DNA from: an uncultured Aquimarina sp. | GTDB lineage: Bacteria; Bacteroidota; Bacteroidia; Flavobacteriales; Flavobacteriaceae | Length of the DNA: 64,000 bases | Reading direction: 5' to 3' | NCBI GenBank assembly: GCA_947500545.1 | Contig: CANMSO010000013.1 | Location: forward strand, 24,491 to 88,490 | Shown here: positions 51,176 to 59,893 of the stretch, in pieces | How positions within the stretch are numbered: position 1 is the stretch's first letter | Layout of the letters: every line of letters starts with the position of its first letter | The notes under the pieces: model-generated | Databases searched by the model: none | What the model was told of the DNA's origin: nothing | Seen by the model: the letters and a program-made list of their open reading frames with translations, nothing else | Translations under genes and position numbers: made by a program

Positions 51176-51568
51176 TTATTTGTTAATGGTTTTTGGTTGG
51201 TTGTTTTCATTTTTATTTAATGTCTGATAATAATTTATGAACCCATTTAATAACTTTTTGCAGCTTATTATTTGATCTAATAATGCTCTATGTTCATTTG
51301 TTTGAATATAATCTTGATCTAAAGCTAGGTAAGATTGAGTTTCTAATTCATACAAAGAACCTCTAGAAATATAAAAAAAATGTATGCTCTCTTTAGAAGT
51401 TTTTCTTCCACAACCTTCGGCTATATTTGAAGGGATAGAAACAGCACATCTTCTCATTTGACTAGTTAATCCATACATTTCATCTTTTGGGAATTTCTTA
51501 GTTACATCATAAAGATTATTAACCAAAAGTCTTGTTTCTTTCCATACTTTTAATTCGGTGTATTCCAT
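51176..51568 (-). CDS. Four-helix-bundle protein (23S rRNA-IVS protein family)
   Basis: LKVWKE, FPKDEMYGLTSQMRRCAVSIPSNIAEG, SRGSLYELETQ. Confidence 0.92.
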   Translation of the reverse strand: MEYTELKVWKETRLLVNNLYDVTKKFPKDEMYGLTSQMRRCAVSIPSNIAEGCGRKTSKESIHFFYISRGSLYELETQSYLALDQDYIQTNEHRALLDQIISCKKLLNGFINYYQTLNKNENNQPKTINK

Positions 51569-51597
51569 TTTATCAATAATCAACTAACAACGATTAA

Positions 51598-52593
51598 CTA
51601 ATTTTTACTTAATTCTTGTATTTTATTTAATGCGATCAATCCTTTTCCTGAAAGTAAAGATTCTTTGGCACGTTCAAATCCTTGTTTTGGTTGTAACCCA
51701 TCTACAGTTGCAATTGCCATTCCGGCATTGGCGCAGACCACATTGTTCTGTGCTTCTGTGCCTTTTCCGCTTAGGATATTCATAAATATATTAGCTGATT
51801 CTTCTACAGAGTCTCCACCTACAATTTCTTCCTGTTTTAAAACAGATACTCCAAAGTCATTAGGTGTTAACATCCCTTCAGTATTGTTTGAAATAGTTTT
51901 GGTATTTCCGGTAAGCGAAATTTCATCATAACCATCTAATGCATGAACAATGGTAAAATTTTTATCGGTGTTTTGATATAAGTAACCATACATCCTTGCC
52001 AATTCAAGGTTGAAAACACCTACTATTTGATTTTTTGGAAATGCTGGATTTACCATTGGCCCAAGCATATTAAAAAACGTTTTTACACCTAGCTCCCTGC
52101 GAATGGGGGCTACATTTTTCATTGCGGGATGAAATAATGGAGCGTGCAATACACAAATCCCTGCTTCATCTATACTACGCTTTAGGAAATCTTTATCATT
52201 ACTGAATTTAATGCCTAGATGTTCCATCACATTAGAGCTTCCGCATTTTGAGGATACCCCGTAATTACCATGTTTCGTAACTTTTATTCCGGCTCCCGCT
52301 GAAACAAAGGATGAAAGTGTAGAGATATTAAAAGTATCTTTTCCATCGCCTCCCGTACCACAAAGATCTATAGGATTGTACTCACTAAGATCTACTGCTA
52401 CACATAATTCTAATAATGCATCTCTAAAACCTTCAAGTTCTTCAACAGTAATACTGCGCATCATGTATACAGTTAAGAATGATGCTATCTGACTTTGGTT
52501 ATATTCTCCTTTAGAAATATTGACCAAAACACCTTTGGCCTCTTCTTTAGAGATAGTTTCGTGATTGATTAATCGGTTGAGTAGATTTTTCAT
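51598..52593 (-). CDS. trpD: Anthranilate phosphoribosyltransferase
   Basis: DLCGTGGDG, TFNIST, KHGN, GYDE. Confidence 0.97.
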   Translation of the reverse strand: MKNLLNRLINHETISKEEAKGVLVNISKGEYNQSQIASFLTVYMMRSITVEELEGFRDALLELCVAVDLSEYNPIDLCGTGGDGKDTFNISTLSSFVSAGAGIKVTKHGNYGVSSKCGSSNVMEHLGIKFSNDKDFLKRSIDEAGICVLHAPLFHPAMKNVAPIRRELGVKTFFNMLGPMVNPAFPKNQIVGVFNLELARMYGYLYQNTDKNFTIVHALDGYDEISLTGNTKTISNNTEGMLTPNDFGVSVLKQEEIVGGDSVEESANIFMNILSGKGTEAQNNVVCANAGMAIATVDGLQPKQGFERAKESLLSGKGLIALNKIQELSKN

Positions 52594-52601
52594 GTTAACT
52601 T

Positions 52602-53174
52602 TTAATTATTGATCCAGTTTTCTAACATTTTTTTTCCATCAGGAGTTAACACCGATTCAGGATGAAATTGTACTCCACGAACATCTAATTCCTTATGGCG
52701 TAAGGACATGATTTGCCCGTTTTCGTCATACGATGTAACCTCTAGACAATTTGGTAAATCATTATCTGCCACTACCCATGAGTGATATCTACCTACATCA
52801 AAAGCACTATCCAATCCTTTAAACAAAAGTTCGTCAGTAACAGATAATGTTACTTTGGTAGCAACGCCGTGATATACTTCATCAAGATTGATTATGTTTC
52901 CGCCAAAAACCTCTCCTATTGCTTGCTGTCCCAGACAAACACCAAATATACTTTTGGTACTTGCGTAGGTGCTAATAATATCTTTTAGTAACCCAGCTTC
53001 GTCCGGTACTCCGGGTCCTGGTGAGAGTAATATTTTGTGGTACTGTTCTACATCTTTTAATTGTAATTGGTCATTACGCTTTACGATGACTTCGCATCCC
53101 AAGTCCTCTAGATAATGGACCAGATTATATACGAATGAATCGTAGTTGTCTATTACTAATACTTTTTTATTCAT
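52602..53174 (-). CDS. trpG: Anthranilate synthase component II
   Basis: IDNYDSF, SPGPG, GVCLG, QFHPES. Confidence 0.96.
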   Translation of the reverse strand: MNKKVLVIDNYDSFVYNLVHYLEDLGCEVIVKRNDQLQLKDVEQYHKILLSPGPGVPDEAGLLKDIISTYASTKSIFGVCLGQQAIGEVFGGNIINLDEVYHGVATKVTLSVTDELLFKGLDSAFDVGRYHSWVVADNDLPNCLEVTSYDENGQIMSLRHKELDVRGVQFHPESVLTPDGKKMLENWINN

Positions 53175-53200
53175 TACTTTGTTTCAGAGTTTCTAAGCTC

Positions 53201-54598
53201 TTATATTTCTTCAGCAAGTTTTAATGCTTTTGTTAATGCTCCTAGTTTATTATACACTTCTTGTAGTTCATTTTCTTCGTTAGATTCATTTACTAATCCT
53301 GCTCCGGCCTGCCAATGTAGAGAATGGTTTTTGCTTAGGAATGTGCGAATCATAATGGCATGATTAAAATTTCCAGAGAAATCCATAAAACCTATGGCTC
53401 CTCCATAAAAATCTCTATTTACGGTTTCGTATTTTTCAATAAGTTGCATGGCCATGTGTTTTGGAGCACCACTTAATGTCCCGGCCGGAAAAGTGTCAGC
53501 CACAACTTGCATAGTCGTAGTTTCTGGATGTTTTTTGCCAGTTACTTTACTTACCAAGTGAATTACATGAGAATAAAATTGAACTTCTCTATAGGTATCT
53601 ACGGTTACATTACTTCCGTTACGACTAAGATCATTACGAGCTAAATCTACCAACATTACGTGTTCTGCATTTTCTTTTTCGTCTACAGATAATTTTTTAG
53701 CCAATTCAGCATCTTGCTCATCGTTGCCGGTACGTTTAAAGGTTCCTGCAATAGGATGGATCTCGGCAATATCATCTTTTACCACCAATTGTGCTTCTGG
53801 AGAACTACCAAAAATTTTAAAATCACCATAATCAAAATAGAATAGATAGGGTGATGGGTTTATACTTCTTAAGGCGCGATATACATTAAATTCATCACCT
53901 TTGAATTTTTGTGAAAAACGTTTTGATAGCACAAGCTGAAAAACATCACCGCGTTGACAATGTTTTTTGGCTAGTGCTACATGTGCCTTATATTGCTCAT
54001 CATCCAGGTTAGAAGTAGTTTCACCAGTAGTTGTGAAATTATATGAAGCAAAGTTCTTTACGTTTAATAAGGATTCTATTTCGGCTACATTACTTTCAGA
54101 ATTATAGCAATGTGCAAAAATGTATGCTTCGTTATTAAAATGATTGATGGCAATTATGTTTTGATATACAGTGTATTGCATATCAGGAATATTAAGCCCT
54201 CCTTCTTTTTTAGAAATAGAAATATCCTCAAAATAACGAACTGCGTCATAAGAAATATAACCAAAAAGGCCGTTGTTTATAAATTTGAAATCACTTTTCG
54301 AAGTTTCGAATTGTTGACCAAATTGTTGGATTATTTCGGGAATATTGGTGTTACTGGTTACCTCTATTTTGGTACTGCTTTTATCAGGAAACGATTGATA
54401 AATGACTTCGTTTTCGATCTTGATATTGGCTATAGGGTTACAACAGATATACGAGAAACTGTTTTCGTTTCCTCTATAATCACTACTTTCTAGTAATAGG
54501 CTATTAGGGAAACGATCTCTAATCTTAAGATAAACACTTACCGGAGTAATAGTATCAGCAAGTATTTGTTTGTAATGTGTGGTTAATTGATAGCTCAT
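53201..54598 (-). CDS. trpE: Anthranilate synthase component I
   Basis: LLES, NPSPY, PIAGT, EHVMLVDLARND, GTLSGAPK. Confidence 0.97.
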   Translation of the reverse strand: MSYQLTTHYKQILADTITPVSVYLKIRDRFPNSLLLESSDYRGNENSFSYICCNPIANIKIENEVIYQSFPDKSSTKIEVTSNTNIPEIIQQFGQQFETSKSDFKFINNGLFGYISYDAVRYFEDISISKKEGGLNIPDMQYTVYQNIIAINHFNNEAYIFAHCYNSESNVAEIESLLNVKNFASYNFTTTGETTSNLDDEQYKAHVALAKKHCQRGDVFQLVLSKRFSQKFKGDEFNVYRALRSINPSPYLFYFDYGDFKIFGSSPEAQLVVKDDIAEIHPIAGTFKRTGNDEQDAELAKKLSVDEKENAEHVMLVDLARNDLSRNGSNVTVDTYREVQFYSHVIHLVSKVTGKKHPETTTMQVVADTFPAGTLSGAPKHMAMQLIEKYETVNRDFYGGAIGFMDFSGNFNHAIMIRTFLSKNHSLHWQAGAGLVNESNEENELQEVYNKLGALTKALKLAEEI

Positions 54599-54644
54599 TT
54601 TTTACACTATAAAATTTTAATTTTTGGCCCCGAGAGTATGTAAC

Positions 54645-54677
54645 AAAAAAAAGGCTTGTCGTGATTTGACAAGCCTT
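54645..54677 (-). terminator. trp attenuator terminator hairpin
   Basis: Minus strand AAGGCTTGTC-aaatcac-GACAAGCCTT followed by a U-run, upstream of trpE. Confidence 0.88.
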
Positions 54678-54707
54678 TGATATGTTTACTTAACACAATA
54701 ACAGGAT

Positions 54708-54770
54708 CTATCTCACGACGTTTTCGTTTTGAGAAGACCACCACCAATTATTTGTTAAGATTACTTTCAT
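54708..54770 (-). CDS. trpL: trp operon leader peptide
   Basis: Manual translation MKVILTNNWWWSSQNENVVR*, three tandem TGG codons. Confidence 0.9.
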   Translation of the reverse strand: MKVILTNNWWWSSQNENVVR

Positions 54771-54786
54771 TTTTTATTTATTGAGT

Positions 54787-54794
54787 CAAATATA
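54787..54794 (-). promoter_or_regulatory. -7 box of the trp leader
   Basis: Minus strand TATATTTG, 16 nt before the trpL ATG. Confidence 0.65.
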
Positions 54795-54825
54795 TAAATT
54801 AATTATAATTTGAGATAATAAAAAA

Positions 54826-55392
54826 TTACATTTTTAATTCTACGGCTAATTCAAATTCATCACTGATTGCTTTATCTCCTAAATTATCGAAGAAACTTCC
54901 TGATCCGTATTTGATATCGTATTTAGTTCTATCTACTTTAAGCGTAGTAGAAGCTGCATCACCATTTAATGCTAAAACGAATTCAATTGGGTTTGTTTTG
55001 CCTTTAATTGTAAGGTCACCAGCAATTTTATAACCTTCACTTGTTTTTTTAGCCTTGGTAACTACTAATTTCGCAGTTTTGTGATTTTTGATGCCAAAGA
55101 AATCATCAGAGCTAAGGTGTCCTTCTAGTTTTTCTTTTCCTTTTCCAGCTTCAAGATCAGTTACAGCAAGAGTTGTCATATCAACAGTGAATTCTCCTTT
55201 TGTGATATTTTCACCATCAAATACAAGGAAACCTTCAGAAAGATTTAATGTTCCTGTATGTGACCCTGTTACTTTGGTACCAGTCCAGTTAATTTTACTC
55301 TCTGAAGCCTTAATTTCTTTTTTCTGAGCAAAAGTAGACGCTGTTGTAATAATGGCAATGGCAACGATTAATGATTTAAGTGTTGTTTTCAT
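54826..55392 (-). CDS. YceI-family lipid/polyisoprenoid-binding protein
   Basis: Signal peptide; SKINWTG, HLSSDDFF, GDLTIKG, VDRTKY. Confidence 0.92.
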   Translation of the reverse strand: MKTTLKSLIVAIAIITTASTFAQKKEIKASESKINWTGTKVTGSHTGTLNLSEGFLVFDGENITKGEFTVDMTTLAVTDLEAGKGKEKLEGHLSSDDFFGIKNHKTAKLVVTKAKKTSEGYKIAGDLTIKGKTNPIEFVLALNGDAASTTLKVDRTKYDIKYGSGSFFDNLGDKAISDEFELAVELKM

Positions 55393-55431
55393 GATTTTTA
55401 AAAATTTAGGTATTTATGTTTATGTTAATGA

Positions 55432-55890
55432 TTAATTCGGATTTCTTAATTTATTCAAGAGGTCATTTAAGTGTATCAAATCTTCTGAGGAAAGCCCAGA
55501 CGTTAATCTGTTTTCGAAATCTGTCATCAAAGGACTTACTTTATCAAGAAAATTTAGACCTTCTTTGGTAATAGTGATTTCAACTTTTCTTCGATTGGAT
55601 TTACATGTCACTCGTTTTGCATATCTTTTATTAATAAGTTTATCTACCAATCTGGTGGTGTTGCTCATTTTGCTAACCATTCTTTCTTGAATAGTGCATA
55701 GATTAGCGGGTTTTTCTTTTTGTCCTTTTAGAATTCGTAATACATTAAATTGTTGAATAGAAATGTCGTGTGTTTTTAATTCAAGATTAATTTTTTCCAT
55801 TACCCAATTTTCTGTGTATAAAAGATTTACAATTACTTTTTTGGGTAAAGGAAGTTCAGTTTCTGTTTTTATGATCTTTTCTATATTCAA
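55432..55890 (-). CDS. MarR-family transcriptional regulator
   Basis: SIQQFNVLRIL, TRLVDKL, NRRKVEITIT.G; TTG start. Confidence 0.92.
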   Translation of the reverse strand: MNIEKIIKTETELPLPKKVIVNLLYTENWVMEKINLELKTHDISIQQFNVLRILKGQKEKPANLCTIQERMVSKMSNTTRLVDKLINKRYAKRVTCKSNRRKVEITITKEGLNFLDKVSPLMTDFENRLTSGLSSEDLIHLNDLLNKLRNPN

Positions 55891-56130
55891 TTGTATCTAC
55901 AATATTTGTATATACAAATGTATGTTGATTAATGTTTCAAAAATTATAAAATGATATTAATTCTTTGTTAAAGTTAAAATTTAGGTGGTGTTTAATAGTA
56001 TTATTGCCACAGAAAATAGAGTTCCTATGAGATTAAACATTTGTAAAGATATTCTGAAAATATTTAGATAAAACATAGAAATCTTGTTAATTTTCTTTTG
56101 GTTAGTTAACGGTTTTAATAAATTAGTAGT

Positions 56131-56652
56131 ATGTCGAGATCGATTTTATATATTATGTTAGTAATTTTTTTTACTAATTGTAAAGGGGAGCAACAAGTGG
56201 CATTAGACGCTACTGATGTTTTTAAAAGTAAAGGTGTTGAGATTCCCATGTATGATTTTGAAAATTTTGAACCATTACTAAAGGTAAATGATGGAAAAAC
56301 TCGTGTAATCAATTTTTGGGCTACCTGGTGTAAACCTTGTGTAGCAGAATTGCCTTATTTTGAATTAATTAATAGTAGGTATCCTGATAATGAGGTTGAA
56401 GTGATACTTGTTAGTTTAGATTTGCCAAAACATGTAGAATCTAAGTTAATTCCATTTGTTAAAAGGCAAAATATACAGAGTAAAGTTGTTTTATTGGATG
56501 ATCCAGATGCAAATACTTGGATCCCTAAAGTGAATAAGAATTGGTCAGGTTCTATACCGGCCACCATTATATATAAAGGAAATACTGTCAATTTTTATGA
56601 AAGATCATTTACCTATAATGAGTTGGAAAAAGAATTGAAAAAAATGCTATAA
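56131..56652 (+). CDS. TlpA-type thioredoxin-like lipoprotein
   Basis: Lipobox-like FFTNC; NFWATWCKPC. Confidence 0.9.
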   Translation: MSRSILYIMLVIFFTNCKGEQQVALDATDVFKSKGVEIPMYDFENFEPLLKVNDGKTRVINFWATWCKPCVAELPYFELINSRYPDNEVEVILVSLDLPKHVESKLIPFVKRQNIQSKVVLLDDPDANTWIPKVNKNWSGSIPATIIYKGNTVNFYERSFTYNELEKELKKML

Positions 56653-56690
56653 GGAAGAATTAATACGAATACAATACAAAATTAATACCT

Positions 56691-57317
56691 ATGAAAACTT
56701 TAAAGATTCTTGTTGGAGTGGCTTTTATAATTGCAATTAGTGCTTTTGCAATTGATAAAGTTTCTGTTTCTAAAGCAGATGATGGATATGTAATAGGGGA
56801 TACGGCTACAGATTTTAAACTAAAAAATATAGACGACTCTTTTATTTCTTTGGCGGATTATAAAGAAGCTAAAGGATTTATTGTGATTTTCACCTGTAAT
56901 CATTGTCCCTATTCTGTAGCCTATGAGGACAGAATCATAGAACTAGACAAAATGTTTAAAGTAAAAGGGTATCCTGTTATTGCTATAAACCCAAATAACC
57001 CAAAGGCCTATCCAGATGATAGCTTTGACAATATGAAGGTGCGAGCTAAGGAGAAGGGGTTCACTTTTCCGTATTTATTTGATGATGGACAAAAAATATA
57101 CCCTCAATATGGTGCAACCAAAACCCCTCATGTTTATGTTTTAGAAAAAACTTCAGAAGGTAATATGGTTAGATATATTGGGGCGATAGATAATAATTAC
57201 AAAGATGCTTCTTCTGCAAATGATAAATACGTAGAGGATGCTGTTAATGCACTTCTGAAAGGAGAAAAAGTTCCTGTCGAAATCACAAAAGCCATAGGTT
57301 GTAGTATAAAAGCCTAA
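56691..57317 (+). CDS. Secreted AhpC/TSA-like thioredoxin-fold protein
   Basis: FTCNHCPY, YGATKTPH, YIGAIDN, AIGCSIK. Confidence 0.88.
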   Translation: MKTLKILVGVAFIIAISAFAIDKVSVSKADDGYVIGDTATDFKLKNIDDSFISLADYKEAKGFIVIFTCNHCPYSVAYEDRIIELDKMFKVKGYPVIAINPNNPKAYPDDSFDNMKVRAKEKGFTFPYLFDDGQKIYPQYGATKTPHVYVLEKTSEGNMVRYIGAIDNNYKDASSANDKYVEDAVNALLKGEKVPVEITKAIGCSIKA

Positions 57318-57437
57318 TCTTTTCTCTGTTTTTTATATAAATGATATGTATAATTTATACATTTCATAAAGGACTCTTATATTTGTAAGGAATACAAATA
57401 AAGATAGTCCAAAAATTTAATAACACACGTTTTATAA

Positions 57438-57752
57438 ATGGCAGAAGATATCACACAAGAAGAATGGCAAGAACTTATCACAAAAGATGATAATGCAGTA
57501 ATTTTAGATGTTAGAACAGAAGAAGAAGTAGAAGATGGTTTTATTCCCAATATGCTTAACATAGATATTCGTTTAGGACAAGGTTTCCTAGACGAAGTAG
57601 AAAAACTGGATAAATCCAAAAATTATTATATCTATTGTCGTTCCGGAGCACGTAGCGCTCAAGCTTGTACGTTAATGAGTCAAATGGGATTCGAAACTAC
57701 CTATAATTTAATAGGTGGTTTTATGAATTGGAATGGCGAAACTGCAGAATAA
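57438..57752 (+). CDS. Rhodanese-like protein
   Basis: ILDVRT and YCRSGARS; -7 box TATATTTG at 57378-57385. Confidence 0.92.
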   Translation: MAEDITQEEWQELITKDDNAVILDVRTEEEVEDGFIPNMLNIDIRLGQGFLDEVEKLDKSKNYYIYCRSGARSAQACTLMSQMGFETTYNLIGGFMNWNGETAE

Positions 57753-57762
57753 TCATAATTAT

Positions 57763-58161
57763 ATGAAATTAAAACCACTTTTATTAATTGCTATTTTCTC
57801 CTTGGCATTGTTCAGCTGTAAGAAAGCAGAGGATTCTTCTTCTGTTATAGAACTTATTACAGTTGAAGATATGGATTCACTATTAGAAATGGGCAAAGTA
57901 CAGCTTGTTGATGTTCGTACTCCAGATGAGTATGCAGAGGGTCATATTGAAGGGGCGTTGAATATTAATTTTAACGACGATAACTTTAAAGATCTTATCT
58001 CTAAGGTGGATAAATCTAAACCGGTGGCTGTATATTGTGGTCGTGGTGGTAGAAGTGGTAAGTGTTCTGCATATATGAAAAAAGCAGGATTCACCAAAGT
58101 TTATGACCTTGATGGTGGTATTACCGAATGGAAATTTAAAGGGAAAAAATTGGTTAGATAA
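57763..58161 (+). CDS. Rhodanese-like lipoprotein
   Basis: Lipobox LFSC; LVDVRTPDEY.GHI and YCGRGGRS. Confidence 0.9.
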   Translation: MKLKPLLLIAIFSLALFSCKKAEDSSSVIELITVEDMDSLLEMGKVQLVDVRTPDEYAEGHIEGALNINFNDDNFKDLISKVDKSKPVAVYCGRGGRSGKCSAYMKKAGFTKVYDLDGGITEWKFKGKKLVR

Positions 58162-58179
58162 ATAATCAGATATAGACAA

Positions 58180-58217
58180 AAACAAAAAAGCTCCTCATTT
58201 GAGGGGCTTTTTTGTTT
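58180..58217 (+). terminator. Intrinsic terminator
   Basis: AAACAAAAAAGCTCCTC-attt-GAGGGGCTTTTTTGTTT. Confidence 0.82.
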
Positions 58218-58463
58218 TAATGATATAGTATGATTCCATTTTTATAAGTGTATAAATTTTGCACACTCAATTATCAATAGATTTACCTTAATAAGTAGAA
58301 AACGAATACCAGAGTTTATCCCAATTAAGAATATATATACCGATTCGTAGGGTAAACCTCCTAATACAAAGTCTAGCCCGCTGTATGTAAATTCTAACTA
58401 GTGCGTTGTTGATGTTTCAAGTATTTTGAATTTCAAATATTAACAATTAAAACCTAGTAAACA

Positions 58464-59219
58464 ATGAAAAACGTAATTAACCTTTTAGTAATCGCCATGC
58501 TATTATTGATGAGCTGTGAAACAGAGCCTACATCTCCAGATGAACAATTGTTTGAGAAAGAATTGAATGAGGCAGCTGTTTTTAAAGCCTTATTTTTCTA
58601 TTTGGGAGATGAGGTCAAAGCGATTTCTTCTTATGAACAACAAGTAATGTTTTTAGAAAAAAATAAGTTAGAAAACGATGGCTTCATAGAAGATTATGAA
58701 GCATATGCTAACGCATATTTAGAAAAAGTGAAAGAAAGAAACCCTGTGTTTCTGAACCAGCTAAAAAATGCGGTACAAAGTAGAGATTTTGAGCAAATCA
58801 GAGCCTCAATGGTTTATGGAGGTAATCTCATGAGGGCAATAACTAGCATTGATGCCTTAAAAACGATCAAAGATGAAGGCGTTACGAGTAAATTTGCTAA
58901 GCTTAATTTGGAGGCTTATGATTTTACAAATTCTAAAGAATTAGAATTGCTAGTTAATGACTTAAAAGTTATTATCAAAAGAGCAGATCCGACTCCTCAT
59001 CCTGATATTGCGTTTATCTATGCATATCAATGGAACAATATTTATATCTACAATAATATATTAAGTTGGACGTATGCCAATGTTTTGGTTAATGATTTTT
59101 TAGACCTGGGACTTAAGGAAATAGGTGATTATAATCCTATTGGACAGTACGGAGCTAATTCAAATTACGAAAACTACTCTGGTGAAAGACTGATTGAAGA
59201 GATTGCATTTGCTTTTTAA
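58464..59219 (+). CDS. SdpC-like antimicrobial peptide precursor with a lipoprotein signal
   Basis: LLLMSC lipobox-like site; VFKALFFYLG and KVKERNPVFLNQLKNAVQSRD resemble the B. subtilis SdpC pro-domain as recalled; lies upstream of SdpA/B-like genes. Confidence 0.7.
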   Translation: MKNVINLLVIAMLLLMSCETEPTSPDEQLFEKELNEAAVFKALFFYLGDEVKAISSYEQQVMFLEKNKLENDGFIEDYEAYANAYLEKVKERNPVFLNQLKNAVQSRDFEQIRASMVYGGNLMRAITSIDALKTIKDEGVTSKFAKLNLEAYDFTNSKELELLVNDLKVIIKRADPTPHPDIAFIYAYQWNNIYIYNNILSWTYANVLVNDFLDLGLKEIGDYNPIGQYGANSNYENYSGERLIEEIAFAF

Positions 59220-59359
59220 TCACTAATTCTTCTTGGTTTTTGAATTAAGTACAAAAAATAAGAAGAGCTTCACAGTAAATAATAGAAATAAACCTTCCAA
59301 CTTATAAAAGCTGGAAGGTTTACAGATTTCTCAATTTCTATAATCTAAATAATAGTAAC

Positions 59360-59893
59360 ATGAAACATACACTCTTATTCTTTGGGTTTGTGGTGCTAGT
59401 TGGTTTTTTACATCTTAATTTTATTACCACAGTGGGAAATAATGTTATGGATGTGTCAACAAAAGAGAAAAACGTGATTAGGTTTCTCTTTCCACAAGGT
59501 TGGGGGTTCTTCACCAGAAATCCAAGAGAACCAAAATATAAATTGTACCAAATTAAAGAAGGACAATTGCAATTGGTTACTTTTCAAATCACTTCCTCAA
59601 AGAATTATTATGGCCTTTCTAGAAAAGGAAGTCGTATGGGGATGGAAATGCATCGAATAAAAGATAATTTACCACCAACCGACAGTTGGAAATCTTCGAA
59701 GATTCAATTAAGAAACATAGATTTAGATGCGATTTCTTATTCTTGTGTAGACGTGGTATCTAGCTTGTTGTACATAGAAGAAGGAAACTATATACTCAAA
59801 GAATATCACATTACTCCTTGGTCTTGGGCCAAACATCAAAGCCGTTATTCGAAAACGTTTAAATACATTCCATTTCAATTAATAAAATCATGA
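59360..59893 (+). CDS. SdpA-family protein
   Basis: TM helix, then FPQGWGFFTRNPRE and YYGLSRKGSR; PWSWA near the end. Confidence 0.82.
   Translation: MKHTLLFFGFVVLVGFLHLNFITTVGNNVMDVSTKEKNVIRFLFPQGWGFFTRNPREPKYKLYQIKEGQLQLVTFQITSSKNYYGLSRKGSRMGMEMHRIKDNLPPTDSWKSSKIQLRNIDLDAISYSCVDVVSSLLYIEEGNYILKEYHITPWSWAKHQSRYSKTFKYIPFQLIKS

Noticed and set aside
51176-51568. Diversity-generating retroelement (Avd-like gene)
   Set aside because: No reverse transcriptase and no template/variable repeat pair in the window.
1203-58185. Many short opposite-strand or nested ORFs in the track (e.g. 1203-1403, 3672-4022, 12668-12925, 13442-13756, 26968-27285, 54110-54493, 57883-58185)
   Set aside because: They lie within well-supported genes on the other strand or frame and show no motifs; these are shadow ORFs.
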